Assembly: GCA_965217775.1 (NCBI GenBank)
Contig: CBDCJH010000002.1
Span: forward strand, 5,056,001-5,120,000
DNA length: 64,000 bases
Reading direction: 5' to 3'
DNA from: Acidobacteriota bacterium
Lineage (GTDB): Bacteria; Acidobacteriota; UBA6911; RPQK01; JAJDTT01
Below, piece after piece: positions 6,838 to 16,344 of the stretch. Position 1 is the stretch's first letter; each line of letters begins with the position of its first letter. A program made the translations under genes and the position numbers. The notes beneath the pieces were generated by a model. The model saw only the letters and a program-made list of their open reading frames with translations. It had not been told where the DNA came from and did not search any database.

Positions 6838-9512
6838 TACGCCGGCTTTCGGGTCGGCATCAACTGTTCCACGGACTGGAAGATGCGTTCGGTCGCCTCT
6901 TGATAGTCCTTGGGCTCCGGCAGGAAGGGCTTGCCGAACGTGATCTCCACCGGGTGGAGACGGATTCGGTTGGAGCCTCGGCGCCAAGCCTCGTAGGTCC
7001 CCGCGATTCCCACCGGCACCACGGGAACCTTCAGTTCCGTGGCGAGAATGGCCGGGCCCTTGCGGAACGGCTTCAGGTGGCCGTCGATGGAGCGGGTGCC
7101 CTCGGGGAAGACGCACAGGACCTTTCCCTTCTTGAGCCCCTCGGCGCCCAGGCGCAGGGCTTGGCGGAGATAGCGGTCCGCATCTACCGGCACCACTTTG
7201 AGGAATCGGCCCACCAGCGACGTGAACCGGCCCACGAAGTAGTCGCTGTAGCCCAGAAAGAAGATCCGCCGGGTCAGACGGTAGGGAAGCACGGCCGCCA
7301 CCAGGAAGGCGTCCAGGTAGCTGAGGTGGTTGGGACAGAGCATGAACGGATAGTCTCGGGGCAGGTTCTCGGCGCCGCGGGTCTTGACGCGGAAGAGGAT
7401 CCGAGCCAGGGTGTGGACGGTCTTGGCCGAGGCGTAGAAGGCCAGGTCCGACAGGCGCCCCTGGCCCAGGGTCTTGCGCATGAGGGCCGCATCCTGTCCT
7501 TCCAGGGGGTTCGACAGGATCTCTCCCCAGGAAAGCCAGGAACCCCGGTCGGTTCCGGCATCGGGAGATTCGGCTCCCTCCACGGCCCGGACCAGATCGT
7601 CGACGGTGAGTATCTCGGCCGCGGCCTCGTCGGAGATTCGGACCCCGAAGGTGTCTTGCAGGCTCGACAGGAACTCCACCCTTTCCAGAGAGTCGAAACC
7701 CAGGTCCAGCTCCAGGTTCATCTCCCGGTGGATGAGAGGCGCCTTGCGGGTCCGTCGAAGCAGGTCGAAGATCCGTTCCTCGGCGGAGGTCTCGGGTGCG
7801 CTGGGAGCGTCGAAGCGGGCCGGAGACTCGCTTGCGGCGCTGGCCTCGACCTCCTGTTGGAGGACGAAACGTTTGATCTTCCGGGTGGTGGTGCGGGGAA
7901 GGGGCTCGGTCCGAATGGCGAAGCTGTGGACTCGCTTGTAGGCGGGCAACTGTTGGGAGATCCCTTCCAGCAGGTAGTGGATCATCTCCTGGGAATTGAC
8001 CACCTGATTGCTGCGCAGCACGTCGAAGTCGGGGACGATGACGGCGTGGAGCCGTTCCTGAATCTCGCCTTCGGGCGTCTGGACGCCCAGCACGCACATC
8101 TCCTTGATGTAGGGACAGTGGCTCTGGTAGTGGTGCTCCACCTCTTCGGGGAAGACGTTCTTTCCCGAAGGCAGGACGATCATCTCCTTGTCACGCCCGG
8201 TGATGTAGAGGCTGCCGGATTCGGACACGTAGCCCAGGTCGCCGCTGTCGAGCCAGCCGTCCCGAAAGGTCTTCTCCGTCTCTTCGGGATTCTTCCAGTA
8301 CCCGTGCATGATGTTCTCGCCCCGGATCAGGACGCGCCCGATCCCGTCCGAATCGGCGCCCTGAATTCGGATCCGGACGTGGGGAAGAGGCATTCCGACC
8401 GAACCCAACTCCCGGGTGGAGGGTGGGTTCAGCGTGGCCAGGGCCGCCGTCTCGGTCATGCCGTAGGCCTGGATGATGGTGAAGCCCAGATCACGCAACG
8501 ACAGGGCCACCTTCTCGTCGAAGCGGGCGCCGCCGACGCCGAAGTAGCGGAACTGGAGTCCGAACTTGCCGTGCAGGGGCCGGAACAGGGTGCGTCCCGG
8601 GTTGAAACCGAGCTTCCGGTTGCAGAATCGGGAAAAGGCCAGGAGGCAACGGAAAAGGATTCTGCGCACCAGCGGCTGTTTCCCGATCTCCTGGAGGATA
8701 CGCCGGTGAAGCAGATAGTAGAACTGGGGCACGCAGACGAAGATGGTGATCATCTCCTCTCGAAATGCGCGCAGCACCCGCTGGGCTTCCAGGGTGTCCA
8801 GATAGGTCACCCTCGCTCCCGCGTAGAGCGGGATGATGAAATTGGCCACCAGAGCCAGCACGTGATAGAGGGGGAGGACCGAAAGGATGTGGTCTTTGGA
8901 GGAGACCTGGATCATCTTCAGGAGCTCGCCCATGTTCCGGTACACGTTTCGGCGGCTCAGGACCACACCCTTGGGATTGCCCGTGGTGCCGCTCGTGTAC
9001 AGGATGAGGAAAGGTTCGTCGGTCCCTCTTTCGACCAGCGGCATGGAAGCGGTTCCGTCGAATTCTTCCAGCACCCGGTCCCATTGATTCTCCGCCTCGG
9101 GAACCTCACCCACCGTCAGGACCGGGAGGGTGTAGCCCAGGTGTTCCCAGATCGGCGCCAGACGCGGATGGAAGCGTTCCGAACAGATCACGAACTGGCA
9201 CCCGGCATGCTCGAGGAGATAAGCCAGGGTCTCGTCCGTGTGGAGGACGTCGAAGGGCGCCATCACGGCGCCGGTGCTCTGTGCCGCCAGGAAAGCGATT
9301 CCCCAGCGCGGATGGTTCTCCATCAGGATGGCCACAGTGTCCCCCTCCCGGACGCCGTGGTGCTGCAGGAAAAGGGCGATGGAGGAGACTTCCCGTCCGA
9401 TCCGGCGGTAGCTGAAAACTTCCCGCCCCTCGTCGTTGATGCCCTGCAGGGCGACTTGGTCCGGGATGGCGTCCAGGTGACGCTCCAATTGGCTGAAGAA
9501 ATGGAGATTCAT
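6837..9512 (-). CDS. AMP-dependent long-chain acyl ligase fused to ACP and PlsC-type acyltransferase
   Basis: YTSGTTGNPKG, YGMTE, SGDLG, GRDKE; ACP motif LGFDSL; acyltransferase NHLSYLD and FPEGTRS; start MNLHFF at 9512. Confidence 0.9.
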   Translation of the reverse strand: MNLHFFSQLERHLDAIPDQVALQGINDEGREVFSYRRIGREVSSIALFLQHHGVREGDTVAILMENHPRWGIAFLAAQSTGAVMAPFDVLHTDETLAYLLEHAGCQFVICSERFHPRLAPIWEHLGYTLPVLTVGEVPEAENQWDRVLEEFDGTASMPLVERGTDEPFLILYTSGTTGNPKGVVLSRRNVYRNMGELLKMIQVSSKDHILSVLPLYHVLALVANFIIPLYAGARVTYLDTLEAQRVLRAFREEMITIFVCVPQFYYLLHRRILQEIGKQPLVRRILFRCLLAFSRFCNRKLGFNPGRTLFRPLHGKFGLQFRYFGVGGARFDEKVALSLRDLGFTIIQAYGMTETAALATLNPPSTRELGSVGMPLPHVRIRIQGADSDGIGRVLIRGENIMHGYWKNPEETEKTFRDGWLDSGDLGYVSESGSLYITGRDKEMIVLPSGKNVFPEEVEHHYQSHCPYIKEMCVLGVQTPEGEIQERLHAVIVPDFDVLRSNQVVNSQEMIHYLLEGISQQLPAYKRVHSFAIRTEPLPRTTTRKIKRFVLQQEVEASAASESPARFDAPSAPETSAEERIFDLLRRTRKAPLIHREMNLELDLGFDSLERVEFLSSLQDTFGVRISDEAAAEILTVDDLVRAVEGAESPDAGTDRGSWLSWGEILSNPLEGQDAALMRKTLGQGRLSDLAFYASAKTVHTLARILFRVKTRGAENLPRDYPFMLCPNHLSYLDAFLVAAVLPYRLTRRIFFLGYSDYFVGRFTSLVGRFLKVVPVDADRYLRQALRLGAEGLKKGKVLCVFPEGTRSIDGHLKPFRKGPAILATELKVPVVPVGIAGTYEAWRRGSNRIRLHPVEITFGKPFLPEPKDYQEATERIFQSVEQLMPTRKPA

Positions 9513-9741
9513 GAGCTTGTGAACGAGGTTATCGTAGCATGGACCGGTTTGGAGGGGCGACTTTCTTGTCGCCCATTCTTCTACGCCCCCATGCTCTTGG
9601 TTCCATAATCTCGAATTCTTGTGCAAATAGACGAAGAATCTGGGGTAGGGGCGCCCCTTTGGGTGCCCGCTTCGGTCCAAAGCGGAGCAAGATGCGGCCA
9701 GTTGAAGGTCCGGGAGCTGGAACGCCGCCGCTCCGGGACGG

Positions 9742-9966
9742 TCATTTTGCCGCGCGAGACCAGGCCACGGAGTCGGCCACTTCGGCCTCCGGGATGCCGA
9801 GATCAGCCAGCTTGGCTCGCACGGCGCCGGCACGAGTCAGACGAACGGGCGTGAGCACAATTCGGCCGTTTTCCATGGTCACATCGAAATACTTGGAGTC
9901 TTGGAAGTCGGCGAGCACCGCCTTGGGCAGGGTTAATTGGTTCTTGGAGGTCAGTTTGGCCAACAT
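9742..9966 (-). CDS. AbrB/MazE/SpoVT-family antitoxin (orphan)
   Basis: MLAKLTSKNQLTLPK...GRIVLTP swapped-hairpin signature; no toxin gene downstream. Confidence 0.85.
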   Translation of the reverse strand: MLAKLTSKNQLTLPKAVLADFQDSKYFDVTMENGRIVLTPVRLTRAGAVRAKLADLGIPEAEVADSVAWSRAAK

Positions 9967-10002
9967 CGAGAAATCTCCCCTGACTCGAATTCGGAATCAC
10001 AG

Positions 10003-10160
10003 CAGTCCGTGGTGAAAGTCCCGCGAGCACCGAGACCGTTCCTGCGCCCGCCGGACAAGGCGCGATTCGGGTGCATACCGGGAGTATGTGAGCCGATAGC
10101 AACGCAGTCCGCCGGGATGCAGGGACGGTCGAATGCCGTGATGACTTTTGCCACGGGCTG
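10003..10160. mobile_element. MITE family A, full copy (158 bp)
   Basis: Nearly identical to 432-589; flanks ACAG and ATAG. Confidence 0.85.
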
Positions 10161-10540
10161 ATAGAGACAATGTGCTCGTTTCTCGTTCCATAAGGATGAT
10201 CTTGTCTGTCGGATGGTTGGGGATGAGCGCCGCGCGAAAGAGGGTGCAGTAATCTGCCCTCGCCACGACCGCTCGGCCTTTCGTGCGGAGCCGTTTCGGC
10301 CGCACCGGAGCCTCTGGTCATGACGGCCGGCCGTACACCCCTGCGGAATTAATGTCAGGGGTGGGGGGCTATAATCCGTCCCCGAGAAGGGCGTCCCTTG
10401 TCCCACCGAGATTCATCAGCCTCTCTCCAATCAACTCGGCAGCGCCCTTCTCAACCCCTGCCGCCCTCCAACAAGTCATTCGAGAGGGAGTGACTGTGCG
10501 TCACCCGCCCGCGGCATAGCGCCGGACGAGAACGCCCAAA

Positions 10541-10924
10541 TCAGCCGCGCCTGCCGCGATGGAGCACCACGGTGAAGTCGAAGCAGTCCAGAACTCGATG
10601 GATCTTTTCCAGCGTCCGGAGCGGGTCCGCCCGAGCCGGCGTCCGGTCCACGGCCCTTCTCACCAGGTCGGAGTTGGTGGTCAGCCGCCGCTGGGCCAAG
10701 TCGACCTCCACCCAATGAGTCGCCCTGCGCCGGGGAGGGTCGACATCGATCTGCAACGTATATCCCAGCAACTTCAAGATGGCCGTCGCCGGGTCGGAAG
10801 CATCCAGAACGTCGTCCAGGTAGCGGAGCAGATCCACGGCCAGCCAGCCGTTCCTGGGAAAAATCAGGATGTACCAGGTCCGTTCCAGCCTGAAGCTGAG
10901 GGAGCCGGTCTCGGCGGAATCCAT
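10541..10924 (-). CDS. Hypothetical protein
   Basis: 127-aa ORF with protein-like composition and host-like codon usage, divergent from the cox operon. Confidence 0.6.
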   Translation of the reverse strand: MDSAETGSLSFRLERTWYILIFPRNGWLAVDLLRYLDDVLDASDPATAILKLLGYTLQIDVDPPRRRATHWVEVDLAQRRLTTNSDLVRRAVDRTPARADPLRTLEKIHRVLDCFDFTVVLHRGRRG

Positions 10925-11144
10925 GCCCGCAGTCTAGTGGTCCGTCCGCCGTCCGGGAAGGCCCCGATCCTCCTGCGTGCTCTCATCCTCGCGTCACGTC
11001 GGCAATCGTGACTCGGGACCGGTTCCCGAGAACCTGTGCACGACTCCTCCTCTTCTCTCACTCCTCACTCCTCTTTCCTCACTTCCCGTCTTGAATCTGC
11101 TCAGGCAGTTGGTACAATGGCGTCGATTTTTGGAGGCGTGACGC

Positions 11145-11930
11145 ATGATATTGGCGGTGGCGATCTGGATCATCACGATAGTTTCCACGGTACTGATGGT
11201 CGGCAAGTACTGGTGGTTTCCCGAAGTGGCATCGGCGCATGGCGGCGACCTGGACCGGCAGTTCATGGTGACCCTGGTGGTGACCGGAGTCGTTTTCATT
11301 CTGGCCCAGGTGGGACTCGGCTACGCTATTGCGCGCTATCGGGACGGGGCGGGAAGGGTGGCCCACTACACCCACGGGAGTGAGAAGCTCGAGGTGATCT
11401 GGACCCTGGCCACCACCGTGGTCTTCTTCGCCATGGTGATCCCGGGCCAGAGCATCTGGGCCAGCCTCTATCTCTCCGAAGCCCCCGAGGACGCCATCCG
11501 CATCGAGGTGACCGGACAACAGTTCGCCTGGAACATGAGGTATCCCGGCGCCGACGGCGAGTTCGGGCGGGTGGCTCCGGACCTCATCAATGACGAAGGA
11601 GGCAATCCGCTGGGATTGGACCTGTCCGATGCCGCCGCCCAGGACGACCTGGTCGTTCCCATCATGGCGATCCCCCTGGGCAAGCCGATAGAGTTGCTCC
11701 TGCGCTCCAAGGACGTGACTCATGCCTTCTCGGTGCGGGAGCTTCGGGTCAAACAGGACCTGGTTCCGGGGCTGCTCATTCCGATCCAGTTCACGGCCAC
11801 CCGGACCGGCCGGTTTGAGATCGCCTGCGCCGAGTTGTGCGGGCTGCAGCATTACAACATGCGAAGTTTTCTGGAGGTGCTTTCGGAGGCGGACTTCGCC
11901 CAGTGGCTGAAGGACCAGGCTGAAGAATAG
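11145..11930 (+). CDS. coxB: Cytochrome c oxidase subunit II
   Basis: LEVIWT, GQQFAW, DVTH and the CuA motif CAELCGLQHYNM; no fused cytochrome c. Confidence 0.95.
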   Translation: MILAVAIWIITIVSTVLMVGKYWWFPEVASAHGGDLDRQFMVTLVVTGVVFILAQVGLGYAIARYRDGAGRVAHYTHGSEKLEVIWTLATTVVFFAMVIPGQSIWASLYLSEAPEDAIRIEVTGQQFAWNMRYPGADGEFGRVAPDLINDEGGNPLGLDLSDAAAQDDLVVPIMAIPLGKPIELLLRSKDVTHAFSVRELRVKQDLVPGLLIPIQFTATRTGRFEIACAELCGLQHYNMRSFLEVLSEADFAQWLKDQAEE

Positions 11931-11951
11931 GGTGCCGGAGACCCAGGGAGT

Positions 11952-13739
11952 GTGACCGATATGGCAGAAGAGGTTCAGACGCACGCCGCTCACCACGAAG
12001 CGCCGTCAGGCTGGGTTCGAAAGTACTTTTTCAGCACCGACCACAAGGTGATCGGGATCCAGTACTACCTGCTGGCTCTGTTCTCGGTTCTGGTGGGAGT
12101 GGGCCTGTCGGTGCTGATTCGGTTGAACCTGGCATGGCCGGGCTCCGAGATCTCCGTTTTGGGCACCCTCTTTCCGGAGGGGGCTCCGGGCGGAATCATG
12201 ACGCCCGAATTCTACCTGGCCATGCTCACCATGCATGGCACCATCATGGTCTTCTTCGTCCTGACCACGGCCCCTCAGGGCGGCTTCGGGAACTATTTTC
12301 TGCCCATCCAGATCGGTGCCGACGACATGGCCTTTCCCATCCTGAACATGCTCTCGTTCTGGATCACTTTCCTGGCTCTGGGCGTGCTCATGGCCGCTTT
12401 CTTCGTGGAGGGAGGAGCGCCCATCTCAGGATGGACGGCCTATCCTCCCCTGAGCGCATTGGGGGAGATCGCCGGACCGGGACTGGGAACGGGACAGAGC
12501 CTCTGGGTGGTGAGCATCGCCCTGTTCTGCGTGGCCTCGCTCCTGGGCGCCCTGAACTTCATCACCACCACCATCGACATGCGGGCCAAGGGCCTGACCA
12601 TGATGCGCCTGCCGCTGACGGTCTGGGCCTGGTTCGTCACCGCCATCCTGGGTCTGCTGGCCTTCGGAGTGCTGCTGGCCGCGGGAGTCCTCCTGCTCCT
12701 GGACCGGTGGGCCGGGACCAGCTTCTTCATTCCCGGCGGCCTGGTGGTGAGTGACCAGGTCATCGATCATACGGGCGGATCGCCGCTCCTCTGGCAGCAT
12801 CTGTTCTGGTTCTTCGGCCATCCCGAGGTCTACATCGCCATCCTTCCGGGAATGGGAGTCGTCTCTCACATCCTGGCCACCTTCGCCCGCAAGCCGATTT
12901 TCGGTTACAAGGCCATGGCCTTCGCCCTCATCGGCATCGGCGCGGTGAGCTTCATCGTCTGGGGCCACCACATGTTCCTGAGCGGGATGAGCCCCTACAC
13001 CGCCATCGTCTTCTCCCTCACCACCACGGCGGTGGCCGTACCCTCGGCCATCAAGACCTTCAACTGGCTGGGAACCCTCTGGGGAGGGCGGATCCAATTG
13101 ACGACCGCCATGCTCTATGCCCTGGGTTTCGTCTCCCTGTTCGTGAGCGGGGGCGTGACCGGTCTCTTCCTGAACCAGCCCGCGGTGGACGTCTATCTCC
13201 ACGACACCTACTTCGTGGTGGGGCACTTCCACATGATCATGGGCGTGGCCGCCATCTTCGGCATCTTCGGCGCCACCTATTACTGGTTCTCCAAGATGTT
13301 CGGGCGCCATCTGAACGAGTTCTGGGGCAAGGTCCACTTCTGGTTCACCTTCATCGGGGTCTACTGCATCTTCATGCCCATGCACAATCTGGGGATCGCG
13401 GGGCAACCCCGGAGATACGCCGAACTGACCGCCTTCGATTTTCTGCAGCCCCTGGTCTCTCTGCAGCAGTTCATCACGGTGGCGGCCTTCATCACGGCGG
13501 CCGCCCAGATCATCTTCGTGGCCAACTTCGCCTACAGTTTCTTCAAGGGCCGGGTGGCGGAAAGGAACCCCTGGCGGGCGACCACCATCGAATGGGAAGT
13601 CCCCTCTCCTCCGCCCCATGACAATTTCGCCGGCAAGTTTCCGGTGGTGCATCGCGGCCCCTACGAGTACAGCGTCCCGGGCGCCAAGGAAGATTTCGTC
13701 CCTCAAACCGCTCCCGACGCACGGGCGACCACCGGCTAA
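11952..13739 (+). CDS. coxA: Cytochrome c oxidase subunit I, A1 type
   Basis: STDHK, TMHG, WFFGHPEVY, WGHH and HDTYFVVGHFH. Confidence 0.97.
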   Translation: MTDMAEEVQTHAAHHEAPSGWVRKYFFSTDHKVIGIQYYLLALFSVLVGVGLSVLIRLNLAWPGSEISVLGTLFPEGAPGGIMTPEFYLAMLTMHGTIMVFFVLTTAPQGGFGNYFLPIQIGADDMAFPILNMLSFWITFLALGVLMAAFFVEGGAPISGWTAYPPLSALGEIAGPGLGTGQSLWVVSIALFCVASLLGALNFITTTIDMRAKGLTMMRLPLTVWAWFVTAILGLLAFGVLLAAGVLLLLDRWAGTSFFIPGGLVVSDQVIDHTGGSPLLWQHLFWFFGHPEVYIAILPGMGVVSHILATFARKPIFGYKAMAFALIGIGAVSFIVWGHHMFLSGMSPYTAIVFSLTTTAVAVPSAIKTFNWLGTLWGGRIQLTTAMLYALGFVSLFVSGGVTGLFLNQPAVDVYLHDTYFVVGHFHMIMGVAAIFGIFGATYYWFSKMFGRHLNEFWGKVHFWFTFIGVYCIFMPMHNLGIAGQPRRYAELTAFDFLQPLVSLQQFITVAAFITAAAQIIFVANFAYSFFKGRVAERNPWRATTIEWEVPSPPPHDNFAGKFPVVHRGPYEYSVPGAKEDFVPQTAPDARATTG

Positions 13740-13742
13740 AAG

Positions 13743-14411
13743 ATGGCAATCGTCGCACCACCTCCCCCTCCCAAGACCGCCGTCCGGGGATTGGACCCCG
13801 GCGGTCCTGTCCTGCCCGGCGCTCCGGCCGCGCCCACCGGGCGCGGAGGCTGGGGCGATTCCTGGGGAGGCCGGCCGGGAGTTCCCGAGCATCGCTACTA
13901 CACGGGAATGCTGGTGCTCATGGCAGCGGTGACCATGCTGTTCGCCGCCTTCACCAGCGCCTACATCGTGCGCAAGGGGATCTCGGAAGATTGGCTCCCG
14001 ACGGCGATTCCCGCCCTGGTCTGGGTGAACACGGCTGTGCTGCTGGCCAGCAGCCTCACGCTGGAGAGGGCCCGGAGGCTCTACGGCCAGACGGCCGCCC
14101 TCGCCAGATGGTGGCTGGCGACCACCGGCCTCGGCGTCATCTTTCTATTGGGGCAGCTCGTGGTCTGGCAGCAAATGGTTGGTGCCGGAATCTATCTGCG
14201 CACCAATCCCAGCAGCGCCTTCTTCTACATCCTGACGGGCGCCCACGGCGTCCATCTCCTGGGCGGCGTGGCGGCGCTGGCCTATTTGTCCCGCCGGTTG
14301 CTGCAGGATCGTCCGCCGACCCGCACGGTTCTCAACGTTACGGCCATCTACTGGCATTTCATGGATGGACTCTGGGTCTATCTTCTGTTGTTCATTTTCC
14401 TTTGGAGGTAA
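13743..14411 (+). CDS. coxC: Heme-copper oxidase subunit III-like
   Basis: NTAVLLASS, LTGAHGVH and YWHFMD. Confidence 0.9.
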   Translation: MAIVAPPPPPKTAVRGLDPGGPVLPGAPAAPTGRGGWGDSWGGRPGVPEHRYYTGMLVLMAAVTMLFAAFTSAYIVRKGISEDWLPTAIPALVWVNTAVLLASSLTLERARRLYGQTAALARWWLATTGLGVIFLLGQLVVWQQMVGAGIYLRTNPSSAFFYILTGAHGVHLLGGVAALAYLSRRLLQDRPPTRTVLNVTAIYWHFMDGLWVYLLLFIFLWR

Positions 14412-14414
14412 TGG

Positions 14415-15038
14415 ATGGCTCAGCAGGCACACGACGCGAGCATTTCCGATTGGGCGGGTGGGCGTTCCCCCTTCGCCGTCGGTTCCAAGAAGCTGGGGAT
14501 GTGGCTCTTCATCCTCTCCGACACCTTGACCTTCACGGCGTTGCTGGTGGCCTACACTTACGTCCGAGTCGCCAACGAGGGCTGGCCCCGCCCCTTCGAG
14601 CCGGCCAGCATCGCGTTGGCTTCGGTCATGACCTTCTGCCTGCTCTCCAGTTCGCTGACCATGGTCCTGGCCGTCGCCGCCGCTCACCGGGGCGATCGAT
14701 CGACGGCGGCAAAGTGGATCTGGGCCACCATAGCGGGAGGGCTGGCCTTCATCGTGCTCCACGCCACCGAATGGATGCAGTTGATCCAACATGGAGTCAC
14801 TCCCTTCGGAAATCCCTGGGGGGTTCCGCTGTTCGGGGCCACCTTCTTCACCCTGACCGGGCTCCACATGACACACGTGACCGCCGGCGTCATTTATCTG
14901 GGGATCGTGGCCTGGGGTTTCAAGGGCGGTCGTTTCAACTCCGAGGACGTGGAGGTGAGCGGCCTCTACTGGCACTTCGTGGACTTGGTGTGGATGTTCA
15001 TCTTCCCCTTGGTCTACCTGTTGTCCAACGTAATCTGA
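14415..15038 (+). CDS. Second heme-copper oxidase subunit III-like protein
   Basis: GMWLFILSD, FFTLTGLHMTHV and GLYWHFVDLVW. Confidence 0.9.
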   Translation: MAQQAHDASISDWAGGRSPFAVGSKKLGMWLFILSDTLTFTALLVAYTYVRVANEGWPRPFEPASIALASVMTFCLLSSSLTMVLAVAAAHRGDRSTAAKWIWATIAGGLAFIVLHATEWMQLIQHGVTPFGNPWGVPLFGATFFTLTGLHMTHVTAGVIYLGIVAWGFKGGRFNSEDVEVSGLYWHFVDLVWMFIFPLVYLLSNVI

Positions 15039-15059
15039 GATCCGGAGAAAGGCGAGTCC

Positions 15060-15356
15060 ATGAGTGACGAACATTCCCACAATCGGCTCTATCTGACGGT
15101 TTGGGTGGTGCTCCTGGTGGTGACCGTCGTGGAGGTGGTGCTGGCTTACATCAACCTCTCGATCATGCTCATGTTGTTCACGCTGGTGACCCTCTCCTTC
15201 TTCAAGGCGGGTCTCATCGTGGCCTACTTCATGCACCTGCGTTACGAGAAGTTCAGCCTCTTCGTCTCCCTGATACCCATGCTGTTGATCTGCGTCATTC
15301 TGATGCTGGCGTTTCCGCTTCCGGACGGGGCCCGGGTGCTGGAGTTGAAGCCGTAG
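15060..15356 (+). CDS. Cytochrome c oxidase subunit IV family
   Basis: Three TM segments and KAGLIVAYFMHLRYE. Confidence 0.88.
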   Translation: MSDEHSHNRLYLTVWVVLLVVTVVEVVLAYINLSIMLMLFTLVTLSFFKAGLIVAYFMHLRYEKFSLFVSLIPMLLICVILMLAFPLPDGARVLELKP

Positions 15357-15598
15357 TGGACAGACGCCGGGAGGGAAAGGTCCGGTTCTTGCGCCGCGCC
15401 GCGTTCACCATGGCGGTGCTCGGGATGATTTCCGGGGCGGATTCCGAACTAGTGGCCCAAGGGTGCGCCATGTGCAAGAGTTCCGCCCAGGTGCTGGGCC
15501 AGTTTTCGACTTTGAATGCCGGGATCCTGGTGCTCGGGGTGCCGCCCGTGTTGATCCTGGCGCTGTTCCTTTATCTGGCCTTTCGTCAACGGCCGTGA
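15356..15598 (+). CDS. Small membrane protein with AQGCAMC motif (cox-cluster associated)
   Basis: Signal-like segment, CAMC, LNAGILVL TM; GTG at 15356 abuts the subunit IV stop (alternative ATG 15410). Confidence 0.7.
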   Translation: MDRRREGKVRFLRRAAFTMAVLGMISGADSELVAQGCAMCKSSAQVLGQFSTLNAGILVLGVPPVLILALFLYLAFRQRP

Positions 15599-15765
15599 AG
15601 CGGCCAAAGACTCCCGCCGGTGGACCTGGGCGCTTGGCCAAGACCCTGCCGTGGCGCTCTTGACAAGGTCCGGCGGTGGATGTTTTAACAGTCCGGGGAC
15701 TGGCGAAGACGCCGGGTGGGAGTCAAGTCGAATCGTTGTTCTGAAACCTGCGAGTTGGATCAAGA

Positions 15766-16293
15766 ATGCCAGTAAGAAAAGTGACTCGGTCGGATAAAGT
15801 TACCAAGAGCGAGAGACGCCTGATCCGGCGCCGCAAGTTCGCTTTTGCCAGCATATTTACCTTTCTGGCCGCCAATTTCTTCATGACCTTGCGGTTTTTC
15901 TTCCCGCGCACCCTGTTCGAGCCCAAGACCAGCTTCAAGGTGGGCTATCCGAGCGATTTCGGATTCGGCGTGGACACGCGTTTTCAGCAGAAATACCGCA
16001 TCTGGGTGGTGCGCAACGCGGAGGGCGTCTTCGTCATTTCCGCCATCTGCACCCATTTGGGGTGTACGCCGGACTGGGTCGAGAGCGAGCAGAAGTTCAA
16101 GTGTCCTTGTCATGGCAGCGGCTACGACAGTGAAGGCAGGAACTTCGAAGGTCCGGCCCCCCGCCCCATGGACCGGGCCCACGTGGAGTTGGCGCCGGAC
16201 GGGCAGATCCTGGTGGACGTGAGCCGGGTCTACAAGTGTCCGCCGGGAGCGCCGTGCGAGTTCCGGGAAGAAGGGTCGTACCTGGCTGTCTGA
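15766..16293 (+). CDS. petC: Rieske 2Fe-2S subunit of a Rieske/cytochrome b complex
   Basis: RRKF Tat-like N-terminus, CTHLGC, CPCHGSGY and GPAPRP. Confidence 0.93.
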   Translation: MPVRKVTRSDKVTKSERRLIRRRKFAFASIFTFLAANFFMTLRFFFPRTLFEPKTSFKVGYPSDFGFGVDTRFQQKYRIWVVRNAEGVFVISAICTHLGCTPDWVESEQKFKCPCHGSGYDSEGRNFEGPAPRPMDRAHVELAPDGQILVDVSRVYKCPPGAPCEFREEGSYLAV

Positions 16294-16344
16294 ACCCGGT
16301 TGTCGGAATCATACGAACCGTTGGAGATCTGAGCGAGGAAGACC

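Noticed and set aside
6663-9608. 981-aa plus-strand ORF and other long antisense ORFs (12426-13892, 41463-43253, 47135-49345, 54512-56356)
   Set aside because: Shadow frames of well-supported genes, typical of high-GC DNA; no motifs.
10161-10540. Possible gene remnant or ncRNA after the MITE
   Set aside because: No recognisable motif, terminal repeat or convincing structure.
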